From Psammoneis japonica (lineage: Eukaryota), in assembly GCA_008632985.1 (NCBI GenBank), contig QPGO01000004.1, positions 124,001 through 188,000 on the forward strand: a DNA stretch of 64,000 nt. Direction: 5' to 3'. Made by a program: the position numbers and the translations under genes. The notes beneath the pieces were generated by a model, which was given only the letters and a program-made list of their open reading frames with translations, was not told where the DNA came from and made no database searches. This document shows positions 11,857 to 25,200 of this stretch, in pieces (position 1 is the stretch's first letter; each line of letters begins with the position of its first letter).

Positions 11857-12669
11857 TGTCTGGGGCTGCTGCTGGCACTGCAGAGCTGACATCTTTGTTG
11901 TGGCTGATCCACACAACCAACCCAGCAAGCAGCAGCAGCAGGCTGAGGGCACTGGCGGTCTTTGGCAGATCCCAGCAACGCTCCATGAACTGTGGTTGAG
12001 CGCCAAGCAGCGCAAGAAGGCTGGTGTTGTGCAGCTGTGGTGCCCTGTCTTCCCCTCCCTGCCAGAAGTGACGAGCACTTCAAACTGCAAACTCCAGAAC
12101 AAAAAAACCCATGGCAGTGCCAGCCAACCTGGCAGCAGCAAGCCGAGGGCATTGACAGTCTCTTGTGGACCCCAGGCAATGGTGCGGCAACTGCGGTTGA
12201 GCAGCGCAGCACCTTTTTGTGTGGCTGTGGCCCCACGTCACCATGTCCCAACAGGAGGAGCAAACTTGAAACTTCCTTGCTCCAAAGTGAAAGGACCACA
12301 AGGCAGCGCCAACAAACCCAACACCAGCTGCAAACTGAAGACACTGACGGCATCTGGCTGACCACAGGTGGCACTTTGAGGGTGGTTGTTGGGCACTGCA
12401 AGACTGGTCTTGTGATGTTGTGGCCCCATGTCACCTTGTGGTCACCGCGACTGCAGCCAGCAGACTTGACACCAAAGAAAGCCTGTTGGATGGACAACCT
12501 TTGTTCTGAGCTGCAAGCAGAAATCAAAGGCAGCATTTGTGTGACAAACACACACTTGCGCGACAAACATGGTGCAGGAGCAACACAGGCTCAAATGCAA
12601 GGCAACAGCTTTCTGTTTTTCAGCACCCCCAACAGACCCAACAAGCTGAGTGGAACCCTGGCACTGTGC

Positions 12670-13530
12670 AGCAGCTTTGTCAGCTTTGGCAAATTTGTCA
12701 ACTTTGGCAAGTTTGTTGACTCTGCCAGCTTTGTCAACTTTGGTGAAGAGTTTGGCTGCTTTGCAAACTTTGGTGGCTTTGTCTGCTTTGTCAATTTTGT
12801 CAACTTTGGCGACTTTTGTTGGCTCTGGCAACTCTGGCGAATTTGCCAACTTTGGCAAGTTTGTCAAATCTGTCAGCTTTGGCAAGTTTGTCAACTCTGT
12901 CAGCTTTGGCAATGTTGCCAACTTTGGCGAGTTTGTTGACTTTGAACTTTGGCACCTTTGTCTGCTTTGTGGCAATTTTGTCAACTTTGTCGACTTTGGT
13001 GACTTCGTCAGCTTTGTTGACTTTGGCAAATTTGTCAACTTTGGCAAGTTTGTCAGCTCTGTCAGCTTTGGCAAATTTGGCAAATTTGTCAGCTTTGTCA
13101 ACTTTGGTGACTTTGTCAGCTTTGGCAATTTTGCCAACTTTGTCAGCTTTGGCAACTTTGGCGAATTTGTTGACTTTGGCAAGCTTGTCAACTCTGTCAG
13201 CTTTGGCAACCTTGTCAAGTTTGTCAACTTTGTCAGCTGTGGTGCCAGCTTTGGTCAGTTTGGCGACTTTGCAGACTTTGGTGATTTCATCTTTTTTGGC
13301 AATTTTGTCAACTTGGTGCATTTGTCAGCTTTGTCAACTTTGGCGACTTTCTCACATTTGTCAGCTTGTTTGGGCAACTTTGTCAACTTTGCCAAGTTTG
13401 GCAACCTCGCCAGCTTTGGCAAGTTTGGCAACCTTGTCAAGAACTTTGGTGGTGAGTTTTGGTGACATTTTCAACTTTGGCGACTTTGTCAGCCAAAGGT
13501 GACAAAGTTGCCAAAGCTGACAAAGTGCCA
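12670..13530. repeat. Degenerate 9-bp-unit tandem array (AACTTTGGC / AAGTTTGTC / AGCTTTGTC variants), last units inverted
   Basis: Visible 9-bp periodicity; orientation flips at ~13495. Confidence 0.9.
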
Positions 13531-16500
13531 AAAACAGCCTCTCTCACACCTTTTTTTCTTTTCTTGTTTTCTCCTTTGACAACTGCCCCATCTTTTGTCA
13601 AAGCTGTCTTTTTTTGCTGCTTTCTGTCCACCACAGTTCACCAGCAGCACTTTGTTTTTCCAGCCTGCTCACATTTGTTTTAAACACATTTTCTTGCAAC
13701 ACACATGGCGGTTGATGGCTTGCTCATGTGTGTGCAATTGATGGTGAAAAAGAGATGCAGCGCAGAAGCCCAGCCCAAATCTCCTCATGAGGCTCCTCCT
13801 GTGGCATTGTCCCTGTTGCTGGCCAGTGTGTCAGCTGTTGCTTGTCATGCCATGTCAGGGTTGGGGCAAGGGATGTGGGAGAGGGAAAGAGAGAGACAGG
13901 AGAAACCAGCAGCCAAAATTGGGGTTGTGGGCAGCAGGGCTCACATTGCGCAATTTGTGCTCAGGTGGTGGGTGGGTCAGGTGGTGAGAGGAGAAAATGT
14001 TGCCCTTGATTTTTGTGTCTGTTTGCACTGTTGTTGGGTGATTTAAGTGGGTCTTGTGTTGCACTCATGTTTGGGAAAGTTGGGGGTGGTGTCAAGGGTG
14101 CACAAGTTGCAGAGATGGGCTGAAAGAGCAGCTCTTTAACACGCAAGTGTGTGAGCCACAAGTGTGTCTGAGGAGCCTGTGATCCCTTGGTCACAGCACA
14201 TGTTGTTTTCTTGGACTGGCTGTGCCAAGAGCCAAGTCAATCATTTGGGTGTCCATCAATGCACCGTTTCCTGAATGTGCCATCAAAATCTCCAATTCCT
14301 TTGTTTTGTCATGGCTTTGCTTGACTGCAAGAGCTGCGTCAGCTGTGGCAGCAAATTTCATCTCTTTTTGCTCTTTTCATCATGCGCGATGATTCCTGGT
14401 GCCCATTTTCATGTCATGGGCACTGCTTGTGCTCATGATGATTGTCGCAGTCATTTTGATTGTTGTTGCTGTCATCACTGTTTTGTTTTTGAGCTTTTTT
14501 GAAGACACGCTTTGACATTTTACAACCAGCCATGCTGTGGAGGTGTGTTTGATGTGCAGTTTCTTTTCACTGCAATGCTCTTTGTCAGCTTGCCTTGAGG
14601 GTCTTCTTGGTTGGTTGCCAAGTCATTGTTGCACATTTGTGCTTGTCTTTCAGCTCTGGCTGCTCAAGCCTCCTTTGAGGCAGGCTGTTGGGAAACAGTG
14701 TCATGGCATCTTGGTCTCCAGCTTGCAGCTGCTTGCTGATGGTGCCACCCGTTGTTGGTCACATGAAGCAATGCATGTTCACACTGCTTGTCCACAACTT
14801 CAGGTTGTGGAGTGCCTCTCCATCTTCACCTGCACCCAGCATCAAACATTCAAGACACTGGCGAGCTGCAAAGGACTCTGTTGTGCATGTTTCTGCAAAG
14901 ACAACTCTTCCAGTTGTTTGAGCTCCCAGGGTGTGTGGCCTGAGTGCACCTCAGATTGTTTTCAAGAGAATGAGTTTTGGCTTGGTGAGTTGATGCCAGC
15001 TCTGGATGGTGCTCATTGTGCGGTTGTTCTTGTGTTTTCTGTGGGAATCTCTTTGTTTGCATTGTCAAAGTCCCTGACAGTGTTGCCATGTGCTGAGTTG
15101 CACGCCACATTGAATTTTGCCCATCCTCCTGCTTCACAGGGCTTGTTTTCAATGACTCAGTTTGTCTCTTCCCAAACAGCACCATGCTTCAGGTTTGCTG
15201 TTTTCCGTTCCAGCAGCAAAGCATTTTGTTTCATGTTCAGGGTCATCCTGGAGTGTGCAAGAGTGACAAACTCTGCTTGCTCAATTTTTTGTCTGTTTTT
15301 CAGGGAGAGTTGACCCTTCAACCACCGGACTTTGCTCACTTGCGTCACAAATGACATGGCAAATGAAGCAATTTTCAGAAGATGGGCACGACACTTCACT
15401 CGCGCGATTTTGTTTTGGAGCGCGCATTCGCCAAAAATCTGGGGGAACCCTTTTTGCAATTTAGAAAGTTCAGTGTCAACTTTTGACACCGGGTTTTTTG
15501 CAAGCTTCATCTGTGAATGGAGAGGAGCCAAATCTCAACCTTTGACAATGGAGGTTGCCATGAGCTGCTGTCACAAACAGACAAACAATGCCACACCCTT
15601 GGAGCAAATCTCCGCCGGCGGAGATTTGCTCCCAATTGGCAAATGCGTGTGGCACACTTCACACAAATTGTGCGCCATGTGACATTTTCATGCTGTGCCC
15701 ATCACATTGTTGTTGCTTTGTTTTGTTGCAAGGAGCGCCATCAAAGGCTTGCTTGCCATGCTTGAAATCTGACTGAGTCATCTTTGGCAAATGATTGTGA
15801 GTCATGCTGCTCAAAAGAAATCTTGGATCCTTGCGAGCCATTTCTTGCATGACACACAGAGGTGAGCACATTGCATCAAGTTTGCAGCTGCGCTGTCTGT
15901 CAAAAAGGAATTGGCTCAATGAGAAGTTCATTTTGAAAGGAGAGTCTTTTTGTTGTTGTCAATCATGCAACAAGGAACACATTGGATTGAGGGGTGCACC
16001 ACTGTTGTGAGACACAGCGGATTGATGGCTGAGTTGTTGTTTGGTGTGTGGTGCCCCACACAACAACAAGGCACATGCGGCAGACACACTGGAAAAAGCA
16101 ATGGGCAACTGAGCTGAAGCTCTTTTAAATGAACAAATCAACTCTGAACAAGATGCTGGGCTACAAAACAAAGCACAAATCGACGACCGTTGAAAAATTG
16201 GCTGTCAACCTCAAACAACGACAAGGCGGCACCAGATTTGTGAGACTGACAATGAAGATCCAGCATCAGAACATTGTTTGGAATCTAATTGCAGGGATCA
16301 CCTTGGTTGAACTTTGAAAACTTGTGACACCTGTGAAGAGTGCTGTCACAGGCACAAAATTTTTTGATTTTTGTCAACGGATCTTCTCATTGCAAGAGTG
16401 AAAAGAACATGTTGCACACAGGGGTCTCCAAAGGTTTTTCTTCCATGTTAAATTGTCTGAGCCAACTGGCAATGGCAAACTGTGGCATTGTCATCAATGT

Positions 16501-17156
16501 TGTCAGCAATCAGTTGACCAGTGCTTGGCACCACCAAAAGTCATGGGCCGCTCCTGCATGGACATTCGAGAGCCAGGTGTGGGAGCGATGCTGCTCCAAT
16601 CAAAATGCTCTGTGACCCACATGTTCAAGTCAGACAACTTTATGATTTTAAGCACAAGCTTGCAGCTGGCAAGTGGGGGCTGGGCAGAAGCACGTGAAAG
16701 CCCCAGAAGTTCAGAGAGTGTGGCACACAGCACACACAGAGAGCTGTTTTTCTTCCATCCAGGAGCACACCCGCCCAACTTGTCAGAAGACGGAGTTGCC
16801 CATGACACAATCCTGTGCCCCCCCATGAGTGTGCTGCAAGTTGATTAATTAGAATGACAGAAAAATCTGCGGTCTCCATGCTGAGACGATGGAATGCTGA
16901 TGCATGCGTCGCGGTTGGAAAAATGGGAAGGGGATCGGAACGTCGGTCACATCCGGTCCGAATGACGTCACAGGAATGACTGTTTCCCTGGCATGTGACC
17001 GCGCGACCGCGTCGCTCACTTTTTTCGAGGTTGGATCGGGATTCCAGATTCGGGAGGCATCTTTGGTTGGATCGACGTCGTTGCCAACCTTTGAAGCAGA
17101 GTGGAGTGCTGTGTCCTGGTTGCCGCCCTTTTAAGCAGTTTACGAGGAACTTGTGA

Positions 17157-18749
<1,593 letters not shown>

Positions 18750-18821
18750 GACGTGGCTTTCAACTCGTCTCGGAGCCTAATTTTATTCTTCTTGTAGTCA
18801 ATGCTTTTACTAACTCACTAT

Positions 18822-19215
18822 ACTAGCTCTAGAAAGTAGTGTTACGTCGAAGACAATCTACAGTAGCAAGAACCAGACGACGGCAGACACCGCAGGTAGA
18901 TGGGATGATAGAAGCTAGCTAGCTCGAAAGCTTGAATCTAGACCTAGGTACCTCTACAGTTAAGTACTTAGCTACTGGCCTCTCTACTAGAGAGAGACAG
19001 TCTAGTAGAGAAGCCTCCTACTAGAGCTCTCTACTACTTCTAGCCGCAGTGCGTGTTGTAAATCAAAGCCCTCTCTAGAGAGAGTAGTCATAGAAGTAGC
19101 TAGCCATAGCTCTCTCTACTCTAGTAGATAGCTCTCTGCTTTTCTCTCTACTAGCTAGCTACTCTCTACTCTCTCTCTACTAGCTACTCTCTCTCTATGA
19201 ATAGAGAGTAGTCCT
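18822..19215. repeat. Low-complexity CTAG/CTCT/TAG-rich intergenic tract
   Basis: Dense ctag, tagc and ctctctac units between the GH1 stop and the Nop25 start. Confidence 0.8.
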
Positions 19216-19413
19216 CTCAGAGCGAATAGCTGTTACTATTTTTTGCAGGCAGAGCTGTCCGCCCGTCCATCCGTCCACAACTCCGCCTGGCCTCCTTCGG
19301 GGGCCGCCGCCACCGTCCACACACGACACTTGAGGCACAATAACGCGACGTTCGACCATTATTTTCATCATTACAAAGCTTTGTGTTCGGCTCTCGCCAT
19401 TTTGTATGTGACC

Positions 19414-20172
19414 ATGGCACCAACAAAGGGAAAACGTCAACAACGCGGGCCTCCACGAAAGGAATTCACAAAGAAGCGAAGAAAGCGCCAAATCGTTTTT
19501 GATCCGGAAGCAAGGCGAGAGTATTTATGCGGTTTCTCGGAGCGCAAACGGCAACGCCGCGCTTATGGATTGGCCATGCAAAAGTGTAAGGACCGCCAGC
19601 AGAAACTAGAAGACCGTAGAGAAACAAAAAAAGCGGAAATGGAACAAGTCTTGGAGGCAGAACGACTCAAGCAACAAGATGATGGTGTTGTAGTTGATGC
19701 AATCGACGATGACGACGACCGGAAACAGGAACAGCCCGTATCTGCTTCCAATGACGGCGACGAGGGAGAAAGCAAACATACGGCTCGCTCAGACGATAAC
19801 AGAGTCACATATCAAGATGTAGCAACCATGAAGCAGTTTGGTGGTGCCGTGATTGTTACGACATCAACCATGCCAAACAATAGCGATAGCGATGAAGACA
19901 TTATTCAGCCAAAGAAGAATAAACATTCGATTGACGAAGAGCAGCGCTACGCAGGAAATGTAAACAAGTTCTTACACGAACTCAAGGGACGCATGCCCAG
20001 TAAAAAGAAAAAGCTTCATGCCGGTGGTGGTGGTCATCATAAAGGCAAACATGGGGCGTCGACCATGAAGGGCATGGGCGGCGCTTCGGATATGAAATTG
20101 GCTAGAAAAACTCTAACAAAAGCACAACAACAAGGTCAAGGACGGAAGCGTGGTTATCACAAGAAGCGGTAG
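19414..20172 (+). CDS. RRP17: Nucleolar protein 12 / Nop25 / Rrp17 family
   Basis: IVFDPEARREYLCGFSERKRQRR signature; acidic middle and Lys/Arg-rich tail. Start taken at MAPTKGK. Confidence 0.85.
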   Translation: MAPTKGKRQQRGPPRKEFTKKRRKRQIVFDPEARREYLCGFSERKRQRRAYGLAMQKCKDRQQKLEDRRETKKAEMEQVLEAERLKQQDDGVVVDAIDDDDDRKQEQPVSASNDGDEGESKHTARSDDNRVTYQDVATMKQFGGAVIVTTSTMPNNSDSDEDIIQPKKNKHSIDEEQRYAGNVNKFLHELKGRMPSKKKKLHAGGGGHHKGKHGASTMKGMGGASDMKLARKTLTKAQQQGQGRKRGYHKKR

Positions 20173-20896
20173 CTAGTTTTAGCTAGATGGAGAAAAAAAC
20201 TTGGCTCATGATAAGTTTAACGACTCTTGTGTTTTCTGAGGGACCTTCATCCTCGCTACGTCTTCTTCTTCTCGTCCTTCTCTGTGGTCGGAAAGGGCCG
20301 TGCCCTTGTGATAGAAACGGAAGTAGGAGGCAATCCACGTGTTTGCCTCTCCGAATTCGAAGGTCTACAAAGCATCGTGAAGAAATTTATCCTCCAGAAT
20401 CAGCGAAAATCAGTGTAGAGAACGGCGATGCTGACACGACCACACACAGAGGCTACACTTTTGACGGTTTTCCAACCTCTCGACCGAATCGTTCCCCGAT
20501 TGCTCGTTGTCATTTCTTAAAAAAATCAGGAACTCTGCATTGTGATCAATGGACCCAAATTTTGCGTGGAGGAATAGATATATGAAGTGTTGAGCGTTGT
20601 GAGTGCTTTGTCGATATACATGCTTTTGCCGATTACGCAGTCACTGCTTCATCAGATGCAGGGCCAACAGCCTACACCGCACTTTCAAGTTATAGAATGA
20701 GGCATGCAGAAGAGTCATTTTGAATATAAGTTGATTTCTTTGGAGTGTTTGATTTATTACTTTTTGACTAAGACCTACTATCATGGGGCACCGCATCATA
20801 TCCGGAGAAGTGCGGTCCCATTCCTACTCATGGTTTGCAAAACTAACATTGGCTTCTTCAGCGAAACTCCGATTGTGATTGCTTGACAAATTCTCC

Positions 20897-21394
20897 TTAC
20901 TCCTCCATCTTCTCCTCGGGTAGCTGTGGATGGGGGTTAGAAGTGATGGTGATCGTCTGAGTCTTCGGCTCTTCCGGCTCTTTCTTTGGAGCGGTGATGG
21001 TCATGACACCGTCAGCAAGGTTCGCAGCAAGCTTGGTCTTGTCAACATTGTCTCCAATCGTGAAGCTCTTTTCAAACTTGGTCTCGGAAACACTGTTATC
21101 CTTGACGACCTTGCGGCCTCCGTGAACTTTCAGCACGCGTCCATCGTTGACAAGCTCGACCTTCATGTCGTCGGGGCGGACACCAGGCAAGTCCATGGAG
21201 ATCTGAAACTGCTTGTCATTCTCGTTGATTTCGAATCCTGGAGAAGCTCTGCGAAGAATAGAATCGGGCTCAGCGGCACGGCGAGATGCCAACACCGGCA
21301 TCAAGTCCAAACTCGAAGTGAAGAATGCCGGGCTTGGTTCAAAGATATCATCAAAGCCGCTGGAGAAGAAAGGATCGTAGCGTCGTAGCGACAT
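20897..21394 (-). CDS. Small heat-shock protein (Hsp20/alpha-crystallin domain)
   Basis: MSLRRYDPFF...EINENDKQFQISMDLPGV...FEKSFTI...ANLADGVMTITAPK. Confidence 0.93.
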   Translation of the reverse strand: MSLRRYDPFFSSGFDDIFEPSPAFFTSSLDLMPVLASRRAAEPDSILRRASPGFEINENDKQFQISMDLPGVRPDDMKVELVNDGRVLKVHGGRKVVKDNSVSETKFEKSFTIGDNVDKTKLAANLADGVMTITAPKKEPEEPKTQTITITSNPHPQLPEEKMEE

Positions 21395-21719
21395 GGCGTT
21401 GTAGTTGTTTGGTTGACTGATGGGATGGTAACAGTTGACTGTATTTCGTTGTTGTTTCAAATTGTGAGAAGAAAAAGTGAATGATTGAAAGCCGATTTTT
21501 TTGCTTTCGTCGTCGGTGTCAGGTTTTCGAAAGCAATAGAATTCTTCGATTCCCTTCTTCGAAGATCTTTGTGACGTCATATGTAGAACTGTTACCAAAT
21601 CTAACGTTGGTGGTGGTCAACAGGGAATATCAAACAACGCGTGCGCGCGAATTTGGCAGCTGGAAGCGAGATTGGAGATGAGAGATGACGATGATGTGCA
21701 GTAGCGCCTCCGGATCTCG

Positions 21720-22718
21720 ATGTCAAACATCACCGCAGTCTCACGCAACAACACTTCAAAAATCAGAATGCTGTCTAGTTCCTTATCCACAGAATCACAA
21801 TCTTCATCTTTGATGGAACAGTATAAAAAGAACGGCTTTGTGGGACCACTTTGCGTCCTTTCCCAAAGCGAAGCCCGAGAATCACTGAACGAGTTCTTGT
21901 TGTGGGCGAACAATGTGTCGACTCAAGATAATGGCAAGAATGCTATCGTCACGGGAGACCTGCGTTTCAAGCCTCATTTGCACCTACCGTTTGTGAATCG
22001 AATTGCGCACCACCCCAACTTGGTGGAGGCAGTCAAAACTGTTCTCAATTCCAAGAATATAATCTTGTGGTCGTCGGACTTTAATGTCAAAGAACCTCAT
22101 TCTCTTGGGTACTTTCCCGCCCATCAAGATTCAGTTTATGCCGGTTTGGTGCCTGCGTATAAATGTCTCACGGCATGGGTAGCATTGTCCGATCCCGTTC
22201 ACGAACAACAAGGCTGTTTGTGTTTTTGGGCTGGATCACATTTGAACGGACAGCTCTTGCATGTAGAAGGCTCCAATGACCGTGATGAAACTGACGACAG
22301 CAACAACATGCTCAGTCGGAAGCAAAGAGTTGCTGAAGATGTTAGTGATGAGCTAAATGCGATTCCTGTGACATTACGAGGAGGAGAGGCATCGCTTCAT
22401 CATTTTCATACGCTTCACCGGAGCGGACCCAATCGAAGCGACAAGCCTCGCGTTGGATTGGCTTTGCGTTATTGCGATGCCTCGGTTCGTCAAACGGGTA
22501 ACGTAAGAGAAAGTGTCACCCTTATATCAGGAAAGATGGAGCATGATGGATTTGATCTAGAGCCAATCTTGCCTCTCGAGGGTGAAATTTCTGAAGCTGA
22601 CTATCAACGGGGACGAGCCGCTCATGCGGAAGCGCTGCGAAGAGAGAGTGCCAACTATTTTGAGGGAACCGACGCCGTGAAAGCATATGATCAAGTGCAT
22701 GGTAAGATAGAAACATAA
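21720..22718 (+). CDS. Phytanoyl-CoA dioxygenase (PhyH) family 2OG-Fe(II) oxygenase
   Basis: YKKNGFV, AHQD, LTAWVALSD, GCLCFWAGSH, LHRSGPNRSDKPRVGLALRY. Confidence 0.9.
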   Translation: MSNITAVSRNNTSKIRMLSSSLSTESQSSSLMEQYKKNGFVGPLCVLSQSEARESLNEFLLWANNVSTQDNGKNAIVTGDLRFKPHLHLPFVNRIAHHPNLVEAVKTVLNSKNIILWSSDFNVKEPHSLGYFPAHQDSVYAGLVPAYKCLTAWVALSDPVHEQQGCLCFWAGSHLNGQLLHVEGSNDRDETDDSNNMLSRKQRVAEDVSDELNAIPVTLRGGEASLHHFHTLHRSGPNRSDKPRVGLALRYCDASVRQTGNVRESVTLISGKMEHDGFDLEPILPLEGEISEADYQRGRAAHAEALRRESANYFEGTDAVKAYDQVHGKIET

Positions 22719-22821
22719 AAATCAAAATGTGGGGTTGGTGATGGCGAATTTCGTCCTTCCCGTAAAGCCGAGCTAGTGGGACGAGCAGACACTCGCCACG
22801 TTGCAAGGTAACACTGTAGCC

Positions 22822-23925
22822 CTATTGTGTGCTAATTCCAACCAGCTCCTTCAGCATGGCAGGGATTACAAGCGCTGCAAACAGCGGATTATTTCTCACA
22901 TAGTCAACAGGCCGGAAATGAAAGAGAGAGGCGCCAATGGAAATGCCTTTGCCTGCATAATCCACTCTGTGCCACATCCAAGTTGGTACCCAGAGAGCAT
23001 CTCCAGCTTTTGTAACCACGTGATATCGCGGTACGTGATTGAGATGTGAAGCAAAGGATGCAAAAAACGCACGGCCATCAGGAGCTAATGCTGGTCGAAG
23101 TTGGAAGGAATACTGTTGTGAAACAAGTGTCCATTTCTTTTCTCCCATGAGTTGGACAGCGACATTTCCAATCGGTTCACAATGCAAATCCGTCCGAGGC
23201 TGGGCTGGTGTCGATTTATTTTCTCTGCCAACATTTCCAGCAGCAACGAATAGAGGGACGGTAGTCAATGCAGGAAGCAAACGAAATGGCCCACTCCCAA
23301 CTAAATCTTGAGGCTCAAAGTAACTCCCAAAGAGTCGGGTTAGTACGTTGTTCGGTGCCACTTCTTGAACAAGATCGGGGTAGGTCTGCAACAGTAATTG
23401 AGTACCAATCTTGTGTGGGTAACCCATTCGTGAAATATTAAAGACAACCTGCCCAAGAGGAGCTTCGCTATCAGGGGTAAGTGCCAACTCCTTGGTTGCG
23501 TCACTAAAGTATGGCACTCTCAGTTTCTCTCGGAGCAAGCCTTCCAATGATAAGTTTCGGTGGGGATCATGAAGCGTTGAAGAATTCCATAAGCCTTTCA
23601 GATATAATGGACGTTGGCGCCAATCTTTCCCGTGTAGTTCCTCCACTCGTGATAAAATATCATCTCTCCGAAACGTCACGTCCAGCACGGGAACATCCAA
23701 CACGAAATCATTTTCGTTCGACGTGAACAAGTCCCATGCTTTCTGTTGCATCATGGACGCTTTTGAGCGAAGGAGAGGAGTAAGGCCGGGTATCATTTGA
23801 GCAGCAATCCATATTAACTTGGTTGAAACCGGGGAATTACATCCCCCATTCCACAAAGCTATCGAGGCGGAGAACACGGGCACCGCAATAACCACAGCAG
23901 AGACCCGCCACGCACGCATCGGCAT
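22822..23925 (-). CDS. JmjC/cupin-like domain protein with hydrophobic N-terminus
   Basis: TDLHCEP...QLMGEKKWTLV...GDALWVPTWMWHRV (HxE...H). Start placed at MPMRAW; uncertain. Confidence 0.8.
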   Translation of the reverse strand: MPMRAWRVSAVVIAVPVFSASIALWNGGCNSPVSTKLIWIAAQMIPGLTPLLRSKASMMQQKAWDLFTSNENDFVLDVPVLDVTFRRDDILSRVEELHGKDWRQRPLYLKGLWNSSTLHDPHRNLSLEGLLREKLRVPYFSDATKELALTPDSEAPLGQVVFNISRMGYPHKIGTQLLLQTYPDLVQEVAPNNVLTRLFGSYFEPQDLVGSGPFRLLPALTTVPLFVAAGNVGRENKSTPAQPRTDLHCEPIGNVAVQLMGEKKWTLVSQQYSFQLRPALAPDGRAFFASFASHLNHVPRYHVVTKAGDALWVPTWMWHRVDYAGKGISIGASLFHFRPVDYVRNNPLFAALVIPAMLKELVGISTQ

Positions 23926-24179
23926 GGAAAAACTCTGGCTCCCCTGGTGTTTAGTATCTTTTGACGATAGCAAAATCTCCAATTGCCATGGTGAAACGAC
24001 ATATCCCCGTGCGCATCGCGTCTCCGATCTCGTTTTCGCGCCGGTTTTGAAGCGCGAGCGACGAGCGAGCGAGCGATGGGCGGAGCGAGCATGTGTCTCT
24101 GTCGTCGCATTGTCTTTTGCATGAACATGGGGACATTTTGATCGTAACACAAACGCAATCTATGTGTCTAATTATTGAC

Positions 24180-25200
24180 TTGCCAACACAGGTCTGTTTG
24201 ACTTGCTGCCAGGGGGCTTGAGTGCCCTTGTTGCCAGCAATGGTGTGCTGGGGGAGCAGCGCAACAACAGGAGCAGTGACCACGAGGTTGGCTGCACCAA
24301 GAACTTGCCATGCAATGTCAGAGTGTGTCTCATTGGTGGAAGCAATGTGAAGGTGAGGCTAAGTGAAATTGCATCCTGTGCTGCAGTGAGAATGAAATGT
24401 CCTCACACATCACCCCCACAACAAAGGCCATCGGTGGCTCGGTTGGGCGTGGGAGCACCCTCACAAAGAGACCGGCTGTCATTGTGGACGAGACAGCCAG
24501 CTGCTTTCTGTCACATGTCAAGAGCAGGAATTTCAGTCAACAAATCAGGACAATTTCTGCCAGGCAGGGGGGCCAAGTCTGGTGAGTGGCTGCAACCTCC
24601 TGGAGACAGGAAGAGGGGCACCATGGGAAGCAGAGCCGCAGTGACAGCTTGGGCACCAGCTTTGGCAGGAGCACCAAAATAAAAATGCCACAACAAGACA
24701 GGCTTGTGGTTTCTTTCTCCACAAAGTGGGCCTGCTTAAATGGCATCATGAGGATGCCCAGTGTGGGGGAAGTTGCGAAAGTGGCAGCACGATCATTTTG
24801 GGCAGACAAGAGACACAAAACACCCCTCTTGAAATGTCATTGGATGGAACCAACAACCATGGAGACTGCTTTGCCAACAACATCCCAAAAGTTGCTGGTG
24901 AGCTCCAGCTTGTTGCCCTTGTTGATGAAAGGCTCTGGAGCTTGGCAGCCGGCACAAGACATTCCTGCCGCCGCAGACCATCATCAGGAATTGATCTGTC
25001 TGACCATGGGTGTGATTGCAGATGTTGCTGGGATTGGTGTCATGCAACAGAGGAAAGTGACAAGGATGGTGGCCATGATGGTGTAGAGCAGTGTTCAGAA
25101 GGAGAGAACATGCCAGTGTGAATGAGAGCGAAAAACCCAAAACTGTGAGAGTTGTGAGACTCTGTTCAGAAAACTGCACAGAAATCCACAGAAAAAACGC
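24180..25200. other. CpG/TpA-depleted hypermutated domain 2
   Basis: ~1 kb with almost no TA and few CG between two ordinary genes; origin not recognisable. Confidence 0.75.

Larger units (their letters stand above)
9290..16845. other. CpG- and TpA-depleted hypermutated domain 1 (decayed repeats/TE-derived DNA)
   Basis: TA and CG dinucleotides nearly absent over ~7.5 kb, TG/CA abundant, many spurious Cys/His/Gln-rich ORFs in all frames; normal composition on either side. Confidence 0.85.

Noticed and set aside
11398..13502. Long repetitive ORFs (CLFV/TNKQ repeats; NFGKFV, LTKLP, ADKV repeats)
   Set aside because: Translations of a microsatellite and a 9-bp array that lack stop codons in most frames; no coding evidence.
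12670..13530. CRISPR array
   Set aside because: Contiguous short degenerate units with no unique spacers; eukaryotic context, no cas genes.
13700..16845. Numerous Cys/His-rich ORFs in the TA-depleted domains (also 55.2-64 kb)
   Set aside because: Open only because TAA/TAG are depleted; Cys/His richness follows from TG/CA excess, not zinc fingers.
9290..16845. Classical fungal RIP as the explanation for the depleted domains
   Set aside because: RIP increases TpA and depletes CpA/TpG; the opposite is seen, and near-identical lipase duplicates are untouched.
21520..21570. Heat-shock element upstream of Hsp20
   Set aside because: GAA/TTC-rich, but the spacing does not fit alternating nGAAn units.
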